Shown piece by piece: positions 35,388 to 47,000 of a stretch of 64,000 nucleotides of DNA; positions within the stretch are counted from its first letter, which is position 1, and every line of letters starts with the position of its first letter. This DNA is from Trichoplax sp. H2. Lineage: Eukaryota. A program made the position numbers and the translations under genes. The stretch spans positions 62,001 through 126,000 of the forward strand of contig NOWV01000020.1 in the NCBI GenBank assembly GCA_003344405.1, read 5' to 3'. The notes beneath the pieces were generated by a model that was not told where the DNA came from, did no database searches, and saw only the letters and a list, made by a program, of their open reading frames with translations.

Positions 35388-35929
35388 TTAAACATACCCA
35401 CTACAGTATTTATAAACTACAAGATAAAAACATGTTTACATGAAAACAGTATCTCGATACACTAAATAGCTACAGCATTATTCACTATCTGCCATGATAC
35501 ACACGACAACGCCTGCTTCAAATACTAAATATAGTACAGCAATATCAAATTTTATTCATAGGGATTAAAGTAAATCACTAATTCAGCTGTATCTAGACTA
35601 CAACAAATAGTATTCAATCTTACTACTTACTATGCAAGCGCAGTTTTAACTTCCTAGTACGACAGTAAAGAAAATAAAAATAAACTACACTTTTAGTATC
35701 GTCTCAATCACAATTTTACAACCAATTGTAATAAAATAGTAACCTGCAAAACTACGGAAATATAATGACTTGATAGTGCATACATTATTATTATTATTAT
35801 TATAGCTCAATAGAACTACACTATTGATATTAATTCCATGAATAGTACCGTGAATACAGATTTTACAGTTAATACAACATGAGTCAATTCAACTTCATTC
35901 AGCAAATGAACTTACTTGTGATTTTCTAG

Positions 35930-38441
35930 TTAATGATACGGATGATAACGTCTGTCACGGTTAAAACCACGTGTTGGTCCATAAGTATTAGTCATGCCCA
36001 TATAATTATTGCTTGATGTGGAATAATCATCGTAATTTCCATAAGTATATGGAGTATAGGGTGGATATGACGGGTGCTGGCCATATCGTGGAGTTGAAAA
36101 TTGTGGAGCCATACCTCCACTTCCTCCACTTCCTCCGCCGCCGCCGCCACCGCGGCCGCTGGGATATCGATTTCCACCACCACCCCTGGGTTGTGAAGAT
36201 CCTCTTCCGCCACGAAGAGCACGATAATCGACCTTTGGTTCGGCCTTTTTGACTTGAGCCATTTTACCATTGATCTCATGCATTTTCGTAACAAGTGCTT
36301 TTTGCGCACCTTCTGGAGTATCGAAAGAAACAAAGCCAAAACCACGTAATCGGCCTATATCAGCACAAAGAATAAAATTAGCTATGAATTCTCAACAGTT
36401 CATATCAAGGTGTAACTAGAGTGTATCTTAAGGTTAATTGCAATATATAGTGTACAGTAGTTGACGCAGACATCATTTTCAAAAGTATCCACAGTAGGTA
36501 TTGAATGTAGTATGTTGGTTATGCAACATCATAATCATTACGGCGTGCAAATTAATCTAATCGATTACCCAACAACTAACTCTATATAATGAAGGCTACA
36601 ATTAAGAAACTCACCAGTCTCCTTATCTCTCAGCAGTTCAACCTCACTGACAACTCCATACTTTCCAAAATATATCTTTAAGTCTTCATCACTAGTATTA
36701 GGAGGCAATCCGCCAATAAAAATTTTTTTCGTTCTAGTTTGCTCTCTCGGCACAGATCGCTTCGGCTCGACCTGCTTTCCGTCGATAACATGTGTTGCAT
36801 GCAATAGTGCCTTATCAATGTCACTTACATTTCTGTATATTATGAAACCAAACCCCCGAGATCGCTTCGTTACTAATATTGAAGGCAACACAAACAATAC
36901 GGTTAGTATTTGAAGTATTAAAAAGCATTGGATACTGCGTATTAATATTATGCTAGGGACTATCACACTTGACGTAGAATAATAACTTGATCTTTTTCAA
37001 CAGACTAGACATTCAATTACCTGGATCACGTAGGATGATACAATTTACAACTTCGCCAAACTTTTCAAAATGTTCCCTAAATCTCTCTTCCGTAGTTTCC
37101 CAACTTAGACCACCGACGAATAACTTTCTTTCCTCGAGATTATTGGCATCACCAGTTTCTATACTAGCATTACCCTTTTCTGAGGAAGCTTGGTCTTCTG
37201 CCTTATCTGTATCGCCAGCTACATTGCCCAGATCGTCTCTGGCACCCTCATAATTATACCCTTCATCGGACTATCAATTCATAAATGATCCAATATTAAT
37301 TTCATCATAAATATGCGTCAAAATGCAGTTGCATGGCGACGATTGGACAGTGCGCAGGCGTTAGCCTTGACCGTATTGTGTACAGTACGTCTAGTATTGT
37401 TTCCTGCAGAAACAATACTAGAGCGAAAATAAAAAATTCGGCAAGTGGTCCTGGCGCGCATACAATACCCCATTTTGCATACTACTGTAGAGTATATAAC
37501 CATTGGAAATGTTTCTACTGCCATCCAGTATATTTTCTATTGATGGTAACGACGGTACGGTATGTACTGTACGCTACAGTACATACCACTGTACTCTGGT
37601 ACAGTAGTGTACAGCAGACTGTACCTTTGCATCCTACTATCCGTACTGCAGCGTAGTGCTGCAACGAACGTTTAGTAGCAAAAGCATCACGCGCCAAGTA
37701 ACGTGGTTGGCGAAGGTTCAGTTGACAATGATACTGACTTCGCCTTTCAGCCATAATGCATTGTTATAGCTTGGGATTCATGTTCGATACAGTATATCGA
37801 TACAGTATAGCATTGGACAGGCATCGTTTTTTGAAGATAATTTGCAGGGTGCCCCCAATTCCAACGTTAATAAATAGCATTCTCGCATTCAATTCCTTTT
37901 CAAGATTTAGATTTTGTGATAGTCTAATAACTTAACTGTAGCACTGAATGTACTGTTATAGATCATCTTGACTACTATTCTATCACATAAAGTTTAGCTA
38001 AATTGACTTATCATGAATACCATTTAAGAATTGCACGTTTTAAAATGCTGAAAAACGTTGACGAATTGATCAATGCACCCTCTACTTTGAGTACTACTGA
38101 CTTTCTTCTTCATAAATCATGAGTACATCATTATTTTTACAGGACTTATTGCAAAAAGAAATGAAAGTGTGCCTCGAGGAATAACTTTGAGCGAAATTCG
38201 GTATGGTAAAGTTGGAATTGGATGTCAGTTTTTAACGTGCTCCTTTTGTCCGAGGATATTTTCAAGTGCATGCTTTAGTTATCAGTAGAAACTTACGATA
38301 GCACAAAGGGTCAAAAAATTCAATAAAAATCAATTCTATCCGTTTGATATGAAAAATTGGGACTTTTTACTCCAACAAACTTACCCTGCCATACTCTTCT
38401 TGAGCTTCTTCATCGTTAAGGAGTACTTCTTCGTCAGCCAT
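35930..38441 (-). CDS. Two-RRM hnRNP A/B/D - DAZAP1/Musashi-family RNA-binding protein, 329 aa, 4 coding exons
   Basis: Exons (minus): 38385-38441 (MADEEVLLNDEEAQEEYGR), 37021-37270, 36615-36872, 35930-36354; GT-AG introns, frame continuous. RRM1 KLFVGGLSWET / RSRGFGFI, RRM2 KKIFIGGL / RLRGFGFVSF, RGG/Gly-rich and Tyr/Pro-rich tail, C-terminal PY-NLS-like RRYHPYH*. Confidence 0.93.
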
Positions 38442-38492
38442 CTTTTTGCTAGGATCAGGAAGTTGATCAGCCACAAACTACGTGTATGAACG

Positions 38493-40020
38493 GTTACGGT
38501 AAAAAGCGACGATTCGAAATAAACGAAAGATTATGATAATTCAGCAATTGCCACAGTATGACACAGTCCACAGTACTGTAGAATGGTTAATATTGTACTG
38601 TACGCCGCCGTTCGGACAGTGTGAGTGTACAGTGTACAGTACACTGTACCGTGATCTAGCGTATGCAGTACTCAAAAATGAAGTACTGTACAGTACTGTA
38701 ATGTCAAAACTTACAGTACTGTACACTGTACAGTACAATAGGATGCTGATACTGTACAGCCATTTATGTGAGCAGTACAATACAATACAGTACAGTACAT
38801 ACAGTATACTGTACAGTGTACAGTACTGTAAGTTTGACATTGCCTGATTTTTTTAGTACTGTACAGTGTACAGTACACTGTACTGTACTGTACAGTCCAG
38901 AAACGGCGTTCCTACATTTTCATTTTATTTGTGCTAGATGTCTTGCGGGAACCCATTGAAAAACTTTTACGTAAAAACAGGACAAAATACTGTACACTGT
39001 ACAGTACTGTACTGTATTCTGTATAGCACAGAGAGTTAGTACAGCACCGTAACTCTATAGTCTCTCTACAATACTGTCCATTTCTGGCACTAAAAAAGGG
39101 CCTCTCCAAGTTCCTGCTTGCTGATTCAGTACAGTGTGGAGGTCTGCCGTGCGGTATGATCGATTTATCGTATACCCATTTCTTAGGATAGGCGATCGCC
39201 ATTACTAACTTTAAATGCTGCTNNNNNNNNNNNNNNNNNNNNGTTACGGTAAAAAGCGACGATTCGAAATAAACGAAAGATTATGATAATTCAGCAATTG
39301 CCACAGTATGACACAGTCCACAGTACTGTAGAATGGTTAATATTGTACTGTACGCCGCCGTTCGGACAGTGTGAGTGTACAGTACACTGTACCGTGATCT
39401 AGCGTATGCAGTACTGTACTGTACTCAAAAATGAAGTACTGTACTGTACAGTACTGTACTGTAATGTCAAAACTTACAGTACTGTACACTGTACACTGTA
39501 CAGTACAATAGGATGCTGATACAGCCATTTATGTGAGCAGTACAGTACAATACTGTACAGTGTACAGTACAGTACATACAGTATACAGTACTGTAAGTTT
39601 GACATTGCCTGGATTTTTTAGTACTGTACTGTACTGTAACTCTGTTAATAATTAATTAATAACATAGCTATGCCCATAGTAGTGCAGACACATTGTCCAG
39701 AAACGGCGTTCCTACATTTTCATTTTATTTGTGCTAGATGTCTTGCGGGAACCCATTGAAAAACTTTTACGTAAAAACAGGACAAAATACTGTATAGTAC
39801 TGTACTATACTGTATTCTGTATAGCACAGAGAGTTAGTACAGTACCGTAACTCTATAGTCTCTCTGCAATACTGTCCATTTCTGGCACTAAAAAAGGGCC
39901 TCTCCAAGTTCCTGCTTACTGATTCAGTACAGTGTGGAGGTCTGCCGTGCGGTATGATCGATTTATCGTATACCCATTTCTTAGGATAGGCGATCGCCAT
40001 TACTAACTTTAAATGCTGCT
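38493..40020. repeat. Gap-flanking duplication (probable two haplotypes) of the hnRNP upstream region, rich in TACAG/TACTG units
   Basis: 38493-39222 and 39243-40020 are near-identical either side of Ns at 39223-39242. They differ mainly by 5- and 7-bp units at TA sites and by one ~58-bp segment (39638-39695). Confidence 0.9.
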
Positions 40021-40802
40021 GATCACTGACACTCTATTCACTAGCAAAATACCGCGTGGGTAGAAGTGTGGAAGGAACGAGAAATTGACGCAAGACATAT
40101 TCAGAACAGCTCCTAATCATGATATTGAAACCTTATTACTGTAGAATTGAATATGCTTGAATCACTCAATCATATCATATAGGATTAGAATGCAATACCA
40201 GATACTGGATGGTGATATCCAGTGATATCCAACTAACTGTAAATTGAAAACGACGTATGATACGCGTGCGTATCTATACAGTACTTAGTTACTACAGTAC
40301 TGCATAGGTAATCAACGGAATCAGATGCGAAATTACACCAGTCGCAGGAATCTATAGACGTATAGCACTGGCGTACAAATGATTTATTCAAGAATAATCT
40401 TGACTAATATAGCAACTTACTGACTGGTAATGTTAGATAAAGTTACTATTGACAAATTTCTGTAACAAAGAATGATGAAGAGGGATTAGATATCACAGAA
40501 AACATACGAGTATACATTATAAACGTAGTACTGTACAGTGTACAGCACCAGTACAGTAAGTTGATGCAAAGTACAATCAACTAAAATCTTCTACAGTGAG
40601 TGAATGGAGCCTCCTGAATGTGGATAAAGTTATTATATTATCAGAAATCTCACTAATCATTCGCACGGCATGGTGCGTGAGATGAGCTACTTTTAAAAAT
40701 AAAATAGTTAAGAAACACATTGCAGAGATAATATTCATTATATTGATAAATATTTTTTGTATTGGTTAATAAGAAAGATTTTAATAAGGCTATCAGATTG
40801 TT

Positions 40803-43015
40803 CTAGCCAATTTTCTTCCTGGCAGCAGTGTACCTTTCCATGTACTGTAAAGAAGAATCAGATATAAAACGAGACATTACTGGTAAGCAAAATACATGCG
40901 CTACTAAACTAACTATATAATGCCCATAGCCATACTTGTATTGGATGAATAGCAATTACTTGGCGCGCATGCGGTTACTTTACCTTACCTTATCATAACC
41001 AGTAGCATCTTGTAATTGCTTCATCTGAAATGAGTTTCCTTCAACAGCCAATAAAGAAACCGTCGATTCACTTAGCAGTTCTACAGGAATGGAATGGATA
41101 GCTAAAGAATTATTTTCGATTCTTAAGACTTTCAATCTAGAACAATTCGCTATTGACGCAGGTAGATGAGCGATGAGATTGTTATTTAGATTTAGTTCAA
41201 CGGCCTAAGATTAAAGTAAATGAGCCATCAATAACAGTTAATTAATAAGATAACTTCAAGTTCACATGATAATTCGAAAAGGTTAGTAGTTGATAATAAT
41301 TTAAATCAATACAGTAGATAAAGTAATATCAGCAGTGTGGAGGTACTTTTTTTAGGTATGTTATTCTATTGAGCATCATTAAATTTGTTACCATACTTAC
41401 GCTTAATGTTGTTAAATTGGTTGGTAATTCCTTAATTTTGTTATGAGATAAGTCAATCATATCCAGTTGGCGTAGCTCAGTAAGAGCAGTCGGAAAAATA
41501 GTAATATCATTATTGGAAAATGTGAGCGTCCTAAGGTTCAACAGCTGATTCAATTCATTAGGTAGCGCTTTTATTCTGTTATAACTCGAATCAATTTTCT
41601 CCAATTTAGGCAATTTGCCTAGAGTTGGGGGCAACTCATCTATAAATTGAATCAATCATTATATGTAGCTATTTAAACATCATTCCAGGCATAGTTTGGT
41701 GGATGATAATTCTAAGGTCAAAAATTTTTCCATGATTTTAGCAGTCTGATGGAAAAAATTTAAATTTAAACTTATACCTATTTGATTGTTTGCGACATTT
41801 AAATTTTTAAGAAGCGATAACTGGCCTATTACTGCTCCTGGTAAACAAGTTATCTGATTTTTAGACAAATCGAGAGTACGCAGCTTGAGCTTTGCTTTCA
41901 GTATTTCTTCGGGGACCTGTAAATATTTTAGATAGACGAGTACAAACATACGCATAAACCTTTCTTATTATGAAAAGTATGGTATTATCATAACTATCTG
42001 TTGAAGTATCTACTTAAGTGTTATACAGTGTATCCGAATAAACAGGTATCTGCATGAACAAACAATAAATTATGAATTACTGTATATCTATACGATATAT
42101 CTATCATATACTATTTTATCAGCTGATTAAAGATATTCAGCATTTTGAAATACTGAAATATCAAATCGTACGTCTTTATCATTATAATTATTACCATCCG
42201 TTCACATGCTCAAAATGTGTACCGTACTGAAACAGTTACAGTATAGTAGTACTGGGTACATTGGTTCTTTATCACCACAACTGTAAAAATATCAACATTG
42301 ATTATAATTATATCATACTGATGATTCTCTGCCGAGTTTCAAGCGTGTTGATTCAGTCCCTAAATGTACTGCATATATTCAACATTTTTTTTCATTACTG
42401 TGTAGTCACCCCCCAAGTAATCCAAAGAGATTGGATAGTATGTTACGCTGAAGCGGTAGCACTAGTTTAGTTAGTTCCACTTAGCAATTCGCATCATCAT
42501 TCAGATATCGATGATTCTAGCGGTACAGCTTACTACGATGTGTACTGTACTGTGCACAATGTCCATACCACAGTACAGTACTGCACAACAGCAGCTATCA
42601 ACTGCAGACAAGTTCATACTATCCGTAAAAGATTCCAATTGTGTTTATTAACTACAGTATCACTAGGCCGATTGCAGTTTGTGAATTTGTGCTTTCACAT
42701 TGTGTAATATCTTTAGCGCAAATTCAACTGCATCAGACTTCTCGTCACGACTTGGGTAATGGTTTTCACCGCCATCGTCAATCTTATACAGTACAGTAAA
42801 CAAGTTGTGATTCGTGGAGTATTGTTGAGTATTGTACTGTAGTCGATTAAATTAAATTAATAAGTTGGCATTACTTTTGCACGATCTTAATAGATTATAA
42901 ATTGACCACTAACTTAATTTACCTTTTTAAGTCTAAGCTCCGAAAGCGAGCACACACCAAACTTCTGCGCTTTTTCTATTCGAACGTTCAAGGAGCTGCT
43001 ACTATTGCCACCCAT
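40803..43015 (-). CDS. LRRC57: Leucine-rich repeat-containing protein 57, 242 aa, 5 coding exons
   Basis: Exons (minus): 42923-43015 (MGGNSSSSLNVRIEKAQKFGVCSL), 41778-41916, 41401-41639, 40989-41204, 40803-40844; GT-AG introns. LRRs plus the LRRC57-typical end LLAVEGNSFQMKQLQDATGYDKYMERYTAARKKIG*; N-terminal MG is a possible myristoylation site. Confidence 0.93.
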
Positions 43016-43629
43016 TTATACGATCTTCATCTCTTCTCCTATTATACTGTACTGTATTATTATTCAATAAAAGCACTTGACTACTACAGTATATATACTG
43101 TACTGTACACTGTACTCTACAATGAATAACTGCTTTAGTCAAAAGGTATTTTGTCAAGGCTTTTATTACAAGGTTTTCGGATTAGTAGAGCAATAATGAA
43201 TTACTACAAGAATCTACAGGAGTCTAAAATCGAGAGTATTCCGAGCTCAAAGGGAAGTGAGATCTCTTCTCTACTTCAGATATCCCTACTCTTCTATGAA
43301 TGCCTATCACCTTTCGGTGTTGGCCGTCTTGACCATTACAATGTTGCTAGTCACATGAGACTCACATCAATCTTGTACCATAATTAGTCAACCGGCTAAT
43401 ATTAGTCATCAACAATTTCTAATATAGTAGTTATCAATTATGTACCGTACTATTTCTGTTCTGAGTAACCTAACGTATCAAATATGGCTATTAATAATTA
43501 ACATCATCCAATATATTGTAGCTATCCTAAAAATATGGAGTGCCACCTTACCTACAGTACACTGTACTGTACAGTTCCACAGGAACACAGTAGAGTATAG
43601 GATATACATTACGTATGATCACTGCCGTA

Positions 43630-44074
43630 CAGTATTACCGTAGTTTATCGGTACGCCTGTTTCTGTACCTGTACTATACAGTCTACAGTACTATGCATTT
43701 TTAGACTGAGTACAGTACGTTACTACTGGACTGTAGGCTGCAGTCATGACGTACAGTATGTCCTCTTGGGAAGCATGAACATGCGCAGTATAAGTCTCAA
43801 ACTAGACTCTACTGTAGTACTAAACTCGTTGTTACTGATGCCGATGCAGTATTACCGTAGTTTATCGGTAGACCTGTTTCTGTACCTTTCTGTACCTTTT
43901 TTTACAGTACTGTACAGTCTACAGTCTACAGTACTATGCATTTTTAGACTGAGTACGATACTACTGGACTGTAGGCTGCAATCATGACGTATGTCCTCTT
44001 GGGAAGCGTGAACATGCGCAGTACCAGTCTCAAACTAGACTCTACTGTAGTACTAAACTCGTTGTTACTGATGC
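43630..44074. repeat. Recent tandem duplication, two units of about 215-230 bp, upstream of LRRC57
   Basis: 43630-43841 and 43847-44074 are near-identical with no gap between them; differences include CAGTA insertions at TA sites. Confidence 0.9.
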
Positions 44075-47000
44075 TCAAGTTGTACTGCACGCTCGCTATT
44101 CACTCCAGACCATAGACTGATCGCTTGAATCAAGTCACTGCCCCTAAACTAAAAAAAATTGATCACTATCGTGCCAGCTCGCTCAAGGAAAGGCAACGGT
44201 GAAATCTGCGACCCCAATCGATCCCACATTATCACGTTTTGGCAATTTTGGACGATACGGTAAGCATTAAAATTGTCATAGTGTATGAAGAAATAGTCCA
44301 ATCATGCTATGGTGTTTGCATCTTGATGTATTTTTGGATACTTTGAATGGTATTGTATAGTCATGATAATAACGGATAATAAGGTGATTTGCTCTGAGTA
44401 CTCCAAAACTTAGCAGTCTAACTTGGATGGACATGGTCAATCATTGTTGTACTGTCCATCTTTGATATTGGAAACCTTGGACTGAAAAGGAATGATGATG
44501 ATGATGATGATGCCTGTGTATCTGCTATATCTTGTCTCCTGCTTTTTGTCTCTGATACAATCACCCCCATCCTCACTTACTTTCATCAACTTGATTTTAA
44601 AACGGCATCCGTGATTTGTCAACGAGCGGCCACAGATCGACCCCAATCTCGTCGCAGAGTAAGTAGTTGGTTTATTACCACATAATTGAGCAATAAACTG
44701 TTCATCACCGTTAAGTAAAGCTAATCTAGATCGACGACATATCCAACTACATTAAGGAGTCTATCAAAGGAGAAATGGACGTCCTTTAACCATCAATGAT
44801 GCTGTACTCTACGAGTGTCTATACTTTACTGCTTGAATATCCGACAGTACTACCGATGCTTACTCTCATCAACTTTTTTTCCTGTTGAACCTTCAATGGA
44901 GTACGCATAACCCCAGTTGACAGTCTATACTTGTCATTGATTTGTATGGAGCAAATACGAGTGTACTTTCTCACTCTATTTCCCCAATTTGGGCAATATC
45001 CAATGGAAACTCAGTCTTTTTCCCTTCCTTTCGCCATTCGTTTCATCATTTGTTATAATAATAATTATTAATTATTATTACTATGGAGTGTAAAGACTGC
45101 CATGTTCAAGGCGTCATTCCGCAGTATTGGTAGTCTAAGGATTTGCTTTCGTTTAGGTCAGACGTCAATAAATTATATGGGTAGTAGACGGTATACTACT
45201 GTACTAGAACAGTCTAATCGTTGGCCTTAACTGTTGAAAACTTTTTCCTCTTCATAACAAGGTCAAGATGATCATATTTTCTTCACTCACTGCAACTATT
45301 TTAAATATCGAAACCCCTCCCATGGCCTGAAGTGACTAAAGTCAAATCCAATATGGTAGAATAGTTCGGATCCATCGCATCATAAACACGCATTGCTCAA
45401 AATTTTCAAATTACTTTCTTCATGTTTGTCTTAGTTCGGTCTAGTATACAGATTGATCAAATCGTCTTCAAATCAGCCTTAAACAAGGCACAAAACGACA
45501 TCTCCAACAATAGTGTCATGGATTACTAATTTCCCTGAGAATGGGCTATGTAATCCATGATCGCGCCGCCGCCTTATACTTTTCACAAAGTACAACATCG
45601 ATCATACAATACAGTATCATCGTGATACTACGTCCATGTACAGTAGAGCACTATGTGTTTAGAGAGCAATAATCCTGTCTAACGGACAGCATTTTTCAGT
45701 TATCAGACGGCATGTTAACATGAATTAAAACCCCATTCACACAGTAGGAACATGCGCCAATTATGTAAAGTATTACAAGTATTAACGGTAATTTGATAAA
45801 GTACTCCTGTCTTGATGCTAGTAATAACCTTTCTTGATGTACAGTTTAATAAATAATCAGTTAGCTAGTCGCGATCATTTAGGCCATGATATCATTGTCT
45901 CAGGCATGACTTATCGCCTACGTATGATGGATAGCCTGGTACCATAGCCGTTAGATAATTGCTTCGCCAAATTTTGCGATAATAACTACAACCAACACTG
46001 TCGACCACTATCAATAATATTTGCTTCAAAAAATGCCTAAATGTACTCTGTTGTACAGTCGATTTTTGTAGTGATGTTAAACGGTGGTCAACATAGAGGA
46101 TACGTTTATTCTATTCCTAGAACTCAACACGGGTACTTTATGAGTATACAGTACTGGGATGGTATGAATTGAGAAGGCTGTGATATACTTTATTTTTACT
46201 ACTTCAATGAAGTGAAACTGAAAGTTTGCAGTAGCTGATGGATTCTCTAGAAATATACGCGCACACGGACAATCCGCTCACTGCCATATATGTGTGCAGT
46301 CGATATGCGCCTAGTGATGATGAACTAAATTGCACAACATATAGTACAGTATAGTAGCGATCGACCAGTCGATATAATTTAATTTAATATTATGTTATAG
46401 TGTGATACATTAATCAATATTACTGAAGAAAGTTACCAACGACTACAAGGTTCGTATATAGAATGATAATGAAGTAATTGAAATTGAAACGGTGACGAGA
46501 AGTATAAGGGGCTAGTAACACCACACGCGAATCTGTCTTCATACCGTCTACATGGCCAATAAAGCTTGTAATTTGGAGAATAGGGTATCTCTTCCATCCA
46601 ATGCTTTCTTGCAGTAATTAGCAATATTAATAGTGTGCATGGACTTCTACCGTTCATACTAACTTGCTTGGTTGTAACACCCGCCAATTTAGAGTTGACT
46701 GTAATCAGATCAAAGTGTCTACACTTACATTATAATTATAAATGCGAGTGTAGATCCAATTGTATAAGAATAGATTGAACATCTGAACATTCCGATTAGA
46801 CCTTAGACAGTTATTTAATAGACAATCTGCCCTACATCCTTCGTCATTTTTGGGCCCAACTTTGTTCATCATTGCCCTATTAAAGTTGTCCTCTTGGAAC
46901 TATTTGATAGACTGAGTGTAGAAATGCCATTCCTAATAATACGCTACTAATCCAGATTAGTCATCTTATCGACGTAAACAACATCGATATTTTGCATACA

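Noticed and set aside
35992..37253. Alternative-frame and antisense ORFs
   Set aside because: They overlap the real hnRNP exons.
38533..39528. ORFs rich in Y/S/T/V/Q/C on both strands
   Set aside because: Translations of TACAG/TACTG tracts, which lack stop codons; the 5-bp indels between copies break any frame.
38912..40000. Duplicated ORF MAIAYPKKWVYDK...
   Set aside because: Both copies come from the gap-flanking duplication; the C-termini differ and there is no recognisable domain.
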